Virus record (IMG/VR): IMGVR_UViG_3300045995_000722
Reading direction: 5' to 3' (one strand)
Source: a virus
Length of the DNA: 64,000 nt
Below are positions 47,821 through 57,004 of the stretch, one piece after another. Within the stretch, counting starts at the first letter, position 1. Each line of letters starts with the position of its first letter. Both the position numbers and the translations under genes were made by a program. A model generated the notes under the pieces. It had not been told where the DNA came from, did no database searches, and saw only the letters and a list, made by a program, of their open reading frames with translations.

Positions 47821-47830
47821 GGGAACAAAA

Positions 47831-48112
47831 ATGGACAAAATTGATACTTCAAAAATGGTTACTGGTCAATTGTTCTTTAGGGGAACAAGACGGGAATGTT
47901 TGAATAAAGATGGGCGAAAACTCATGATGGTTGTTGGTGTAATTGCCGTCCCCGATAACTTTGCAATGAAAGAAGAACATCAGTATGTTGTTAGTGGTTT
48001 GGGACCAGGCACAATTCTCATAGTTGATCCTGAAACCGGAATAGATTATACAGACCTTGCTAGGGGTCTCGCTTTGGGGCAGCTTGTTACAGAACCCATT
48101 TGGAGAACTTAA
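47831..48112 (+). CDS. hypothetical protein
   Basis: Stop abuts repeat. Confidence 0.7.
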   Translation: MDKIDTSKMVTGQLFFRGTRRECLNKDGRKLMMVVGVIAVPDNFAMKEEHQYVVSGLGPGTILIVDPETGIDYTDLARGLALGQLVTEPIWRT

Positions 48113-48161
48113 TTTTTGGTTTTCAATTGCTTTTCTGGGTATAGTATAGTGGAGGAACATT

Positions 48162-48428
48162 ATGTCTGAATCTTCTTTCTTGGATGATTGTTATAGCCAC
48201 AAAGTTGTCCTTCTTGATAAGGATGAAAAGGTCATCGATAAACGAGGGTTTTTCTGTTTTGATGATGCTTTTAGAACATATGTTCATGCTCTAAGACCTC
48301 AAATTTCCCCTCAGTTTCATTCTGTAAGACTTTACGGGAAAGATACAGATGGGTCTTGGATAATCCTTAAACCAGATGATTTGGTGGGATCAGGAACAAG
48401 AACCTGTAGTTTTGGTTTTCGGAATTAG
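48162..48428 (+). CDS. hypothetical protein
   Basis: After repeat/SD; reads into next repeat. Confidence 0.7.
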   Translation: MSESSFLDDCYSHKVVLLDKDEKVIDKRGFFCFDDAFRTYVHALRPQISPQFHSVRLYGKDTDGSWIILKPDDLVGSGTRTCSFGFRN

Positions 48429-48460
48429 GAATTGATATAGTATAGTGGAGGAAAACCACA

Positions 48461-48658
48461 GTGTATATTTTTCAATCCGGTCGTGATGAAGTAGAGTTTG
48501 TACTTGTGGGGGGAACCCCAAGAAGTCGAAGACAATATCGTCATGATCACTATCCATTGTATGCATGGCAAACCACACAGGAAGGTCTGAGTCTCAATAC
48601 GTATACTCAGTTCATTGATCTTCCCGAAAAAGATTCAAACGGGAAACCTCTTGAATAA
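48461..48658 (+). CDS. hypothetical protein
   Basis: GTG start; flanked by repeats. Confidence 0.7.
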   Translation: MYIFQSGRDEVEFVLVGGTPRSRRQYRHDHYPLYAWQTTQEGLSLNTYTQFIDLPEKDSNGKPLE

Positions 48659-48802
48659 TTGGTTTTCAGTTTTCCATTAAGGTATAGTATAGTGGAGGAA
48701 CCGAAAATGGATAACATGACGGAATTAGAATTCCTTTGGGATTGCGAAGCAGCCTATATGGAAGATACAGAACCCCCTTACGAGTATGGAGTATAAATCC
48801 AA

Positions 48803-49006
48803 ATGATAACCGGATGGTCTGGACAAATCTGTGATATCAATGATTGTCATAAAATGGCCCCCAATGTAGAGGATCATGTTTTGTCCCTACCTGAAGAATG
48901 GAAGTTCATTGAGTGGGAAAAAGTCCCTACTGAAATGCGTCCCCAAAGATGGGCAAAAAAACTCGCTCTTTGTCCTGAATGTTTGAGTCGCATTGGAGTT
49001 GAATAA
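48803..49006 (+). CDS. Cys-rich hypothetical protein
   Basis: GGAG SD. Confidence 0.65.
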   Translation: MITGWSGQICDINDCHKMAPNVEDHVLSLPEEWKFIEWEKVPTEMRPQRWAKKLALCPECLSRIGVE

Positions 49007-49225
49007 ATGGAAGCAAAAGAAGCACGAAAGATAACAAATGAAGTTATTTCCGAAGGGGTATCAAGTATACTTGAAGGTATATTTGAAGATATCCAAAAAG
49101 CCGCTGAAGATGGGAAATCAAAGATAACAAGATGTCGAATCCACAATAAAGTAAAAGACACTCTTGTTGAATTGGGATATCACGTAGATATTCAGGCGAA
49201 TCTCGAATCTACAATTTCCTGGTAG
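49007..49225 (+). CDS. hypothetical protein
   Basis: Stop abuts repeat. Confidence 0.7.
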   Translation: MEAKEARKITNEVISEGVSSILEGIFEDIQKAAEDGKSKITRCRIHNKVKDTLVELGYHVDIQANLESTISW

Positions 49226-49275
49226 TTTTTGGTTTTCAATCTCCTTATCGGGTATAGTATAGTGGAGGAAGTCCA

Positions 49276-49593
49276 ATGGAACACTCAGTAATATGTGAGG
49301 TATGCGGCAAACAGAATGCAGTGAAGAGATGCTGGTATTGCGGCAAAAATATGTGTTTGGATTGTTTGTCGAATCCAGTAGTCCCCGATCAAGAATGTGG
49401 ACATGCGAAATGCGTTCTTTGCAATAAGTCAAACGAAACAAAGGGTTTTGATGAGAAATACCTTGCACTTCTTGAGGATTTGAAGGACAAAGCAGTAAAA
49501 AAGCATGAGAAAATCCTAGCAGAACTCAACGATAATGGTAGTTATATTCTTATGCTCAAAAAAGATATTGAGAGATTGAGAAATCCCAAGTAA
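49276..49593 (+). CDS. Zn-finger coiled-coil protein
   Basis: Multiple CxxC; flanked by repeats. Confidence 0.75.
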   Translation: MEHSVICEVCGKQNAVKRCWYCGKNMCLDCLSNPVVPDQECGHAKCVLCNKSNETKGFDEKYLALLEDLKDKAVKKHEKILAELNDNGSYILMLKKDIERLRNPK

Positions 49594-49643
49594 TTTTTGG
49601 TTTTGATACCCTGAAAGGGGTATAGTATAGTGGAGGAAAAGGA

Positions 49644-49799
49644 ATGTTAGCTTATTTCATAAGCGTGATATGGATAATCTGCACCATAGTTCTTGGGGGA
49701 CATTATATGTCTCATTCTCCATATTCAGTAACAATTCCCATTTGTGTTATGTCTGGTATTTTTGGATATGCACTAGGGGTCATAATAGAAAAACAATAA
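49644..49799 (+). CDS. small membrane protein (51 aa)
   Basis: Manually translated; after repeat/SD. Confidence 0.6.
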   Translation: MLAYFISVIWIICTIVLGGHYMSHSPYSVTIPICVMSGIFGYALGVIIEKQ

Positions 49800-49914
49800 G
49801 ATTTTGCACGGGGCACCTCCACAGCACGGCAAAAGAGAAAGCGGGGACGATTACTTCCCCGCTTTCTCTGATTTTGGTTTTGAGAGTTATAATGTGGTAT
49901 AATATAATAGACTA

Positions 49915-50027
49915 GGGGCCGAAACATATAATCCCTATGGGCTGGACTAGAGAGCCAGCACCCACTAACTGGGGTCAAACGGGCTAGTTAGGCACAAAAG
50001 AGATCACCTGTGTAGGTGGTCTTTTTT
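49915..50027 (+). ncRNA. candidate small RNA cassette
   Basis: Repeat promoter without SD, no ORF, internal hairpins, terminator GATCACCT/AGGTGGTC-T6. Confidence 0.55.
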
Positions 50028-50189
50028 GTTACTCAAAATACTCCAGTTCGCACAATTCTACTTATTCATTTTTGATATGTGCGACCTGCCCACTCTCTTC
50101 CCTTTATTCAGTTTTGATTTTAGATTTTTGGTTTTGAAACCCCATTCTTGGTATAATATAATAGAAGAAATCCTGTGGAGGGAAATCAA

Positions 50190-51101
50190 ATGGCAAATGA
50201 AAAAGCAAGAGCCGAAGTAACAAAGGGAATTTTGGAAGCACTTGACAATGGATTGGTTCCTTGGAATCAACCCTGGCAAAATATGTTCCCCATGAATGTT
50301 TCCGGTAGACCTTACCGGGGAGTTAATCGTTTCATGCTTTCTTTAGTTGGTGGGGAATATGTTTCCAAACCTGATGAAAAAGACGAATTTGTTCCCTTCA
50401 AAGATAACCGATACATCACCTTCAACAAGTGCAAAGAAATGGGTGGAAGTGTGATGAAAGGGAAACACGGTTTCCTGGTTATCTTCTGGACCCAATACCA
50501 GACAGAAGACGAAAACGGGAAACCCAAAACAATTCCTTATGCTAAACCTTGGAAGATTTTCAATGTTGAGCAGTGTCAAGGTTTAGACCTTCCACCAATT
50601 AAGGGACTGGACTTCAAACCCATCGACAAAGCACAAGAAATTGTCGATAATTGGTTGGATAAACCGGAAATTATTCACGGTGGAAACGGGGCTGGATATT
50701 CTGTAACAGCCGATAAGATTTATATGCCTAATCGTGAAACATTCGATAGCGAAGAAGCATATTATGCCACCTTGTTCCATGAACTGGGTCATTCAACCAG
50801 ACATGAAAAAAGATTGAATCGAATCAGAGAAGGGGACACAAGTTTAGAGAAATATAGCAAAGAAGAACTTGTTGCCGAAATGATATCAGCTTTTCTTTGT
50901 GCTGAAGCTCATATCACTTCCAGTTCACAAATTCAGCAGTCAGCAGCTTATATCGCAGGTTGGAAAAAAAGAATACAAGAAGATGATGGACTTGTGATGT
51001 CAGCAGCAAGTAAAGCACAGTATGCGGTCGATTTGATTCTTGGAATAAACGTCAAAGCAGTACCCGAAGGGGAACCCGAAGCGGAATTAGTTGCCGCATA
51101 A
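50190..51101 (+). CDS. ardC: ArdC-like ssDNA-binding antirestriction protein
   Basis: PW.QPW...PMN..G.PYRG.N, ..FNVEQC, YYATLFHELGH.T, YSKEELVAE. Confidence 0.9.
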   Translation: MANEKARAEVTKGILEALDNGLVPWNQPWQNMFPMNVSGRPYRGVNRFMLSLVGGEYVSKPDEKDEFVPFKDNRYITFNKCKEMGGSVMKGKHGFLVIFWTQYQTEDENGKPKTIPYAKPWKIFNVEQCQGLDLPPIKGLDFKPIDKAQEIVDNWLDKPEIIHGGNGAGYSVTADKIYMPNRETFDSEEAYYATLFHELGHSTRHEKRLNRIREGDTSLEKYSKEELVAEMISAFLCAEAHITSSSQIQQSAAYIAGWKKRIQEDDGLVMSAASKAQYAVDLILGINVKAVPEGEPEAELVAA

Positions 51102-51357
51102 TTGGTTTTGAGACCCCAATCCGGGTATAGTATAATAGTGATGCTTGTTTTCATTTTCTGATTCTCTTGGAAGCCTACCTGCCCTTGTAGTTTCGATTGC
51201 TATGGGTAAGGTAGGCGATTTTTTTGTCCCAATAATTGTGCGAACTACGGACATTTTCTTTTTATTCAATTTTCCTCAACTATCCGGTATTACCGGACAG
51301 TTCATTTTTGGTTTTCAATCTTTATTTAGGGTATAGTATAATGGAAGGGAACTAAAA

Positions 51358-51609
51358 ATGTATTACATCATAGTAGAACCACGGCATTTCGGCAAGATAG
51401 CTATTGTTGCTGACGAAGTCTCAGCAGATAAATGGATCAGAAATCACATTGATGAACTTAACCATAGTGGTTCATTGTGTCTTATTTGTTCCGAAGAACT
51501 CCGTGATGATTATTGTGAATTATCTGCAATGAAACGCTATCGTTGGGTAAATCGCAAAATCAATACGGAAACATATACCCGTGAACCTGATACCCAATTT
51601 GAGGGATAA
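51358..51609 (+). CDS. hypothetical protein
   Basis: After repeat. Confidence 0.7.
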   Translation: MYYIIVEPRHFGKIAIVADEVSADKWIRNHIDELNHSGSLCLICSEELRDDYCELSAMKRYRWVNRKINTETYTREPDTQFEG

Positions 51610-51664
51610 TTCCATTTTTGGTTTTCAATTTCTTTTCCAGGTATAATATAATGGAGGAAAACCA

Positions 51665-51859
51665 ATGACACCAGAAAACACAAGAAAGATACGGGAAATA
51701 GCACAAGATATTTCCTCGAATGATGGTACATTAACTACAAGAGAAAAGGCGTTAATGGAAATCCTTGTCAGAACTTTCAATGGGATGTCTTGTTCCGAAT
51801 CTCTTAAGGAAGCGGCAGGATTTGGTCAACGATCAAGTGAGGGATTCGGCAGTATCTAG
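51665..51859 (+). CDS. hypothetical protein
   Basis: Flanked by repeats. Confidence 0.75.
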   Translation: MTPENTRKIREIAQDISSNDGTLTTREKALMEILVRTFNGMSCSESLKEAAGFGQRSSEGFGSI

Positions 51860-51909
51860 TTTTGGTTTTCAATATCCTTTCCGGGTATAATATAATGGAG
51901 GAAAATTCG

Positions 51910-52374
51910 ATGGCAGCTTTTCAAATAAACAAAGTCTTTAAGTGGGATGTTACACATCTGTTTGATATAGAAACACAGATGCTTCCCAAATATAACATGA
52001 ACGAACGGGCAAAACTAATTTTCGTATGTTTTGAACCCGTTGTTGGTAAGGGTATTGGAATTCATGTCTGGTTAGAACGTGTTCTTGGATTGGAAATAAC
52101 CAACACAACTGACAATGAAGTAAGATGGATCGATTCCACTCGAAAGGTACAGGGGTCTGATGGATATATTCAAATAAGTGATATGTCAAGAAGTGCGGCT
52201 CTTGTTAGAGGATTAGATCGTGGTGAAATTCTCGGAAATGCGGCTGAAAACGCTGTATCTGATATAATGTTTGATCATGCTCTTGATTGGTATAAGAGAT
52301 TTGTTCCGAAGCATCATGCTTACCTAATCGAACTTGGGGCGATCAAGAAAGATGGAACCCATAAGAAAAGATAG
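51910..52374 (+). CDS. hypothetical protein
   Basis: Flanked by repeats. Confidence 0.75.
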   Translation: MAAFQINKVFKWDVTHLFDIETQMLPKYNMNERAKLIFVCFEPVVGKGIGIHVWLERVLGLEITNTTDNEVRWIDSTRKVQGSDGYIQISDMSRSAALVRGLDRGEILGNAAENAVSDIMFDHALDWYKRFVPKHHAYLIELGAIKKDGTHKKR

Positions 52375-52415
52375 TTTTTGGTTTTCAATTTCTTTTCAGG
52401 GTATAGTATAATGTC

Positions 52416-52649
52416 ATGAATAAACAAGAGAATCTAACGAAAATAGTTGAGGGATTGAAACGACAATCTTTATTGATCGGTCCTGAAGGCTATCGTGGGA
52501 ATACAGATTATGAAAAAGCTATTATAGCTCTTAATCTTGGTATTCAAACCCATGAGTCCGATCTAAAAACCTTTCTACAGATTGGTGTGGATCATGGTGA
52601 CTTTTCACAGAAATCGGCTGAACGGGTTTTGAGAAATTGGGAAACATAA
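52416..52649 (+). CDS. hypothetical protein, apparently leaderless
   Basis: ATG 3 nt after TATAAT, no SD. Confidence 0.7.
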   Translation: MNKQENLTKIVEGLKRQSLLIGPEGYRGNTDYEKAIIALNLGIQTHESDLKTFLQIGVDHGDFSQKSAERVLRNWET

Positions 52650-52761
52650 TCTATTTATGGTTTCCCCCTTCCATTAGTATGCGAACTATCCCCAATTCTC
52701 CCTTATTCAATTTTTGGTTTTCATTCCTATTTTTTGGTATAGTATAGTGGAGGAAAACCCA

Positions 52762-53082
52762 ATGACCAATATACCAATGAATACACCGTGGGGAATTGCT
52801 CAGACCCAAGATAAGGTTGCGGAAGGAATTATTTTCGTAACTACTGCAAGTCATGGGGGATTCTGTATTTCTCCTGAAGTTCATGCAAAAATGCCAAAGG
52901 CTTATCAGTCTACTTTTGCTCATGCTCCCAATAGGGACAAGAATTTCTGGTATGAGGAAGACTGCGATTATGCCAAGGTTATTCTGAGCTTCCCTGATAT
53001 GTTCATGGCAAAGGAAGTAGAAGTAGCCAAGAAAATGATAGAACAATATTTCCCTGAATCCCACATTGCCGCTAAGGGATAA
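52762..53082 (+). CDS. conserved mobile-element hypothetical protein
   Basis: TPWG.AQ......GI.FV.TASHGG....WYEEDC. Confidence 0.8.
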   Translation: MTNIPMNTPWGIAQTQDKVAEGIIFVTTASHGGFCISPEVHAKMPKAYQSTFAHAPNRDKNFWYEEDCDYAKVILSFPDMFMAKEVEVAKKMIEQYFPESHIAAKG

Positions 53083-53117
53083 TTGGTTTTCATTTCTATT
53101 TTTTGGTATAATATAAT

Positions 53118-53195
53118 GTGAGAGGTTCCCATAGGGAAGGCAACTGGTTAAAGGAGACGTGGTGCCCTGCTCCGGGCTAAATCCCATCCTCTCAC
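53118..53195 (+). promoter_or_regulatory. structured 5' leader (riboswitch-like)
   Basis: GTGAGAGG/CCTCTCAC closing stem, TTCCC/GGGAA, GGCAAC..GGTGCC. Confidence 0.45.
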
Positions 53196-53209
53196 TTAGG
53201 GAGAAATCA

Positions 53210-53434
53210 ATGTCAATCAAAACAAGAATTAGACCCCAAGTAAATGATGGTTGGATTGAAGGACCAATTCCTCCTCCTACTCGTCAATATTCCAAAGAGG
53301 AAATTGATGATCTGATTGTCCAAGCAAAAGTAAGGAGAATCAAGAGACAGCAAATTTCCCCTAAGATTCTTGCAATGTTGGATGAAAAGAGAAGAAGAGA
53401 AGCCAATTTCCAGAAGAAGAAGAAACGGAGATAA
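53210..53434 (+). CDS. basic hypothetical protein, paralog of 9444..9701
   Basis: GGGAG SD; shared IPPP..YSKEEI motif. Confidence 0.75.
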   Translation: MSIKTRIRPQVNDGWIEGPIPPPTRQYSKEEIDDLIVQAKVRRIKRQQISPKILAMLDEKRRREANFQKKKKRR

Positions 53435-53436
53435 TC

Positions 53437-53646
53437 ATGGGGAAGATAGATGAAAGATATTTCACGGAAATGGAAAAGGCAATAGATAATGCCAGCATAG
53501 AAACAATCAGAACCATGAAAGAATTGGAATCCAGGAATGTTGGGGCAGAAATATATATGCCCTATGTTATGACTGGTTTGGCTTCAATCATGCAGACACA
53601 GTTGGGAATAATCAAATTCCTAAAGTTGATGAACGAAAATGAATAA
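53437..53646 (+). CDS. hypothetical protein
   Basis: GGAG SD. Confidence 0.7.
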   Translation: MGKIDERYFTEMEKAIDNASIETIRTMKELESRNVGAEIYMPYVMTGLASIMQTQLGIIKFLKLMNENE

Positions 53647-53818
53647 AGAAATAAAAGAGATAACATCAGAACTCCAAGACTTGATACAAAGAGTACGAGG
53701 AATTGCATTGAGAATTGGTGATTATGAAATTGTGGATAAAATGGATGACTTATCTAAAGAAGCAGAAGAATCAAGACTGCATATGGAATTCCATTTATCA
53801 GGTCAAAATGATGATTGA
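53639..53818 (+). CDS. hypothetical protein (59 aa)
   Basis: Manually translated. Confidence 0.55.
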   Translation: MNKEIKEITSELQDLIQRVRGIALRIGDYEIVDKMDDLSKEAEESRLHMEFHLSGQNDD

Positions 53819-53943
53819 TCGTTAGGGCAAATTGCCCCAACGATATAATGCGAACTAACCCCATTTTTTTGATATTCAATTTTTTGGTTGCCCAATTGGT
53901 TTTCATTTCTTATTTTTGGTATAGTATAATGGAGGGAATCCAA

Positions 53944-54204
53944 ATGTTCTACGATGAAAACCTTTTCAGTGGTTTGTGGGTTGAAGATGAAACCCGGAAT
54001 ATGTGGATTATTCCCGATGCTGTTAATTCGGGAGGAATGGGCATAGAAGGCCCAGATATTCCACAAATCATCGATAAACTTTACCAGATTCGTTCTGATA
54101 ATGGGGGGATCGTGGAAAGAAGAGATGTGGAAAAACTCGGTCTTTTTGTTGTTGATGATTGTTTGAAAAGATACAACGAAATAGACGGATATTATCACGC
54201 CTGA
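53944..54204 (+). CDS. hypothetical protein
   Basis: Flanked by repeats. Confidence 0.75.
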   Translation: MFYDENLFSGLWVEDETRNMWIIPDAVNSGGMGIEGPDIPQIIDKLYQIRSDNGGIVERRDVEKLGLFVVDDCLKRYNEIDGYYHA

Positions 54205-54258
54205 TTTTGGTTTTCAATCTTGAAACCAGGTATAATATAATAGATAGGAGGTGACATA

Positions 54259-54426
54259 ATGAGTGATTCTAATTCTGGTCTTAGTATTGGAGCAATAGTT
54301 GGCATGGGTCTTGCGGCTTGGATTTCTTGGACAAATGTCCCGTCTGTTTTTTGGGCAATTTTCCACGGTGTCTTTGGTTGGCTTTACGTCATCTATGCCT
54401 TTATTGTGGGTAAAGTTCATTTCTAA
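54259..54426 (+). CDS. small membrane protein (55 aa)
   Basis: Manually translated; GGAGGT SD; ISW..SVFWAIFHG.FGWLYVIY. Confidence 0.7.
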   Translation: MSDSNSGLSIGAIVGMGLAAWISWTNVPSVFWAIFHGVFGWLYVIYAFIVGKVHF

Positions 54427-54442
54427 GAAAAGGAAATATATC

Positions 54443-54616
54443 ATGTCTATTATAAAACTTAGTGTTGATCTGGATAAAGCCAATGATCCAGAACAGATAT
54501 TGCGGCTTTTATCTGCATTGCCATTTGACGATCACATGTCATTGATTGTTATAAATAATGGTAAAAGGACAAGCGTACATCCCCATGAATTATCAAATGA
54601 AGCTTGCAAGGACTAA
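54443..54616 (+). CDS. hypothetical protein
   Basis: AAGGA SD. Confidence 0.6.
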   Translation: MSIIKLSVDLDKANDPEQILRLLSALPFDDHMSLIVINNGKRTSVHPHELSNEACKD

Positions 54617-54673
54617 TTTCTAGTTTTGGTTTTCAAACCCCCATTTAGGTATAATATAATGGAGGGAACTACC

Positions 54674-54970
54674 ATGAACTACATAGAACAAAATTGCACA
54701 ATTGTACATGATGGACAGAAATTCACAGCAAGTGGGGCAATTGTGAATGATATTTTTGTCATTGCTTACTTAGGTAAGAATGGGGAACTGAATAATTGTC
54801 ATGGGACACCAAGTGGAACTTATCGAATAACTTCCACTTGGAAAACACCCCGCAGTTATATATCTAATGTAATGTGTCAAGTTGAAGCCAAAATTGATGG
54901 GGTGATTTACACGGGACGCTCCTGTGGAATTGGAATGGCTTTCAAAGGAAAAAGGAAATCCCGGAACTAG
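54674..54970 (+). CDS. hypothetical protein
   Basis: Flanked by repeats. Confidence 0.75.
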   Translation: MNYIEQNCTIVHDGQKFTASGAIVNDIFVIAYLGKNGELNNCHGTPSGTYRITSTWKTPRSYISNVMCQVEAKIDGVIYTGRSCGIGMAFKGKRKSRN

Positions 54971-55022
54971 TTTTGGTTTTCAAACTTACTTTAGGGTATA
55001 GTATAGTGGAGGAACCCGAACA

Positions 55023-55397
55023 ATGAAAACAGCAACAGAAATTCAAAGCGAACTGGGACAATTCTACGGAACAGAAGGTTATGTCCGGTGGTCTCCCCTA
55101 TTCCGAAACTGTCTTCTGACCGATGGGGCACACTTCATCGCTGAATCTTGTGGGGCTTATTGGCTCATGGATGCAATCGCTTCCTATTTGCCGAAAGCCA
55201 AGAACGACGGCATGATGTTTGCAGAGTTGAAAGTCAAGGACAATTCCGCAACTCTGACCCTTCACGATGGCAGGAAACCCCGGAAAGTCTACGCAACACA
55301 AGTGATTGAGTATACAGACTTTCCTCTGCCCGAAATCACAATATGGGCAGAGTATGACGGGGAAAAGTGGGTACTCTTGCTCCCCTCGGAACATTAA
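55023..55397 (+). CDS. conserved mobile-element hypothetical protein (DUF6876-like)
   Basis: FYGTE.Y......LLTDG..F.A..CGAYWL.D.IAS...Q.IEYTDFPL.EI. Confidence 0.8.
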   Translation: MKTATEIQSELGQFYGTEGYVRWSPLFRNCLLTDGAHFIAESCGAYWLMDAIASYLPKAKNDGMMFAELKVKDNSATLTLHDGRKPRKVYATQVIEYTDFPLPEITIWAEYDGEKWVLLLPSEH

Positions 55398-55544
55398 GAG
55401 GGGAAACGAATAAAAGGGGGCGAAAGCCCCCTTACCCCCCCCCCACTAATATGCGAACTACACTAACTTTTCTAATACTCAGTTTTTTGGTTGCCTATTT
55501 TGGTTTTCAATCTTAAAATTTGGTATAGTATAATGGAGATAATC

Positions 55545-55883
55545 ATGGATATCGGTATAGCTTTAATTCGTGTTGTTGGTGATCCCACTTCTACTGAGCA
55601 AATGCTTAGTAAGATAGCGGCTTGTTTCCCTGGTCCTACCACAAAGATATATGAAACAAATCAAGCTGTGTCGTTCAGGAAGGACTTATTATTTTCTGAA
55701 GTTTACCCTGCATTGCACTTGATAGGTATCGATATTGTTGATAATGATAATATCATAGTGTATACAGAAGAAGGGGAACAACAGGGAATAAGGCCAATAA
55801 GTAAAAAGGCTATGAAAGCCACTGAAATATATGACTCTTTTGCGTCTCTTCAACATTATCAAGATGAGCTTTTGAATTCTTAG
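55545..55883 (+). CDS. hypothetical protein
   Basis: Flanked by repeats. Confidence 0.75.
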   Translation: MDIGIALIRVVGDPTSTEQMLSKIAACFPGPTTKIYETNQAVSFRKDLLFSEVYPALHLIGIDIVDNDNIIVYTEEGEQQGIRPISKKAMKATEIYDSFASLQHYQDELLNS

Positions 55884-55932
55884 TTTTGGTTTTCAATCCT
55901 CATTTCTGGTATAGTATAGTGGAGGAACCCGA

Positions 55933-56136
55933 ATGGCTAAAGATAAATTCCAGACCTGGCTTGAAAACCGCATTAAGATGCTAGAAAAGGAATCTGGCAA
56001 TCGTAGTCATGGTTATGCAACCAGAGCGGGTATCGGACAAAAAGTTGGTGAAGCCACAACAATTCTTGAAGCATATATCAAACACATCGATGGGGAACAT
56101 AATATAGTGGAGGAACCCGAAAATGAAGAGAGTTGA
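55933..56136 (+). CDS. hypothetical protein, paralog of 58451..58663
   Basis: DKF.TWLE.RIKML.KE..NRSHG..TRAGIGQKVGEA; reads through a half repeat. Confidence 0.75.
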   Translation: MAKDKFQTWLENRIKMLEKESGNRSHGYATRAGIGQKVGEATTILEAYIKHIDGEHNIVEEPENEES

Positions 56137-56449
56137 CACAAGCAAAGTAGACCCCAAAATTCTCGCTGATATACGGGAAATGACTGGGTTGAAGTTGGAA
56201 GACAATTACACCGAAGACGAACTGCTCACCCTTTACCTTCGGTATGTCTGTGATATAGTGAAGGTGGATCATATTCTCGCCGCTATTGCCAACATCCATG
56301 AAGCGGCAAAAGAAAATCAGTATATAATTCATTGGTTGTCTGGACCTGATACAGAAATCAGTGGATATGACCAGGCTGATGCTTTTCGTAAAGCAGGAAT
56401 AGGGGCAGGGGCAATTCCCGCTGTGGATTGGGTTGAAGAAGTAAAGTAG
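56123..56449 (+). CDS. hypothetical protein
   Basis: After right-half-only repeat. Confidence 0.75.
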   Translation: MKRVDTSKVDPKILADIREMTGLKLEDNYTEDELLTLYLRYVCDIVKVDHILAAIANIHEAAKENQYIIHWLSGPDTEISGYDQADAFRKAGIGAGAIPAVDWVEEVK

Positions 56450-56499
56450 TTTTGGTTTTCAATCCTCATTTCTGGTATAATATAGTGGAGGAACCCGAA

Positions 56500-56688
56500 A
56501 TGTGGCTTATAGATGATCTTGGTTATCGTGTTCAGCGTGTCAATAGCAATGGGGAAAGATATGTAGTTTTTGACACATATCGCCCTACTAGTAGTTGGTA
56601 CTGTTCCCAACCACTGAATACCCCACAAGAGGCTTTTGACTACATCTTGAGCCTTGCGGGGTATGATGGATGTGATATGCGGATATAG
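56500..56688 (+). CDS. hypothetical protein
   Basis: After repeat/SD. Confidence 0.7.
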   Translation: MWLIDDLGYRVQRVNSNGERYVVFDTYRPTSSWYCSQPLNTPQEAFDYILSLAGYDGCDMRI

Positions 56689-56693
56689 GGAGT

Positions 56694-56888
56694 ATGATTG
56701 AAATGGCAAAAGATAAAGTGATGGAAGAAATAGGGAAACTCAATGGGATGATTTATGATCTTGCAAAAGATGAATCATTACCCCATCATGCCCATAATGA
56801 TGTTGTGGATTTGATGGTTCAACTCAATAGTGTTCTTCGTTCAATGTCAGAAAGAACAGCGGAAGAGTTGGCGAGTTTGAGATCATAG
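56694..56888 (+). CDS. hypothetical protein
   Basis: GGAG SD. Confidence 0.65.
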   Translation: MIEMAKDKVMEEIGKLNGMIYDLAKDESLPHHAHNDVVDLMVQLNSVLRSMSERTAEELASLRS

Positions 56889-57004
56889 GGATTTTATCCC
56901 TTTTATTTATATGCGAACTACTCCAGATTTTCCGATACTCAGTTTTTGATCGCCCAATTTGGTTTTCAATCTTAAAATTTGGTATAGTATAATGGAGCAA
57001 ACAA

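Noticed and set aside
49915-50027. tmRNA, suggested by the GGGGCCGAA start
   Set aside because: Only ~110 nt, with no T-arm/CCA 3' end and no tag reading frame.
33265-56500. Shared N-terminal peptide MVFN...GYSI(M/V)EE in many ORF-track proteins as a conserved leader domain
   Set aside because: It is the repeat element translated from its TTG. Many other copies are out of frame with the downstream ATG (TTG-to-ATG distance 46-51 nt), and the GGAGG-adjacent ATG is the better start.
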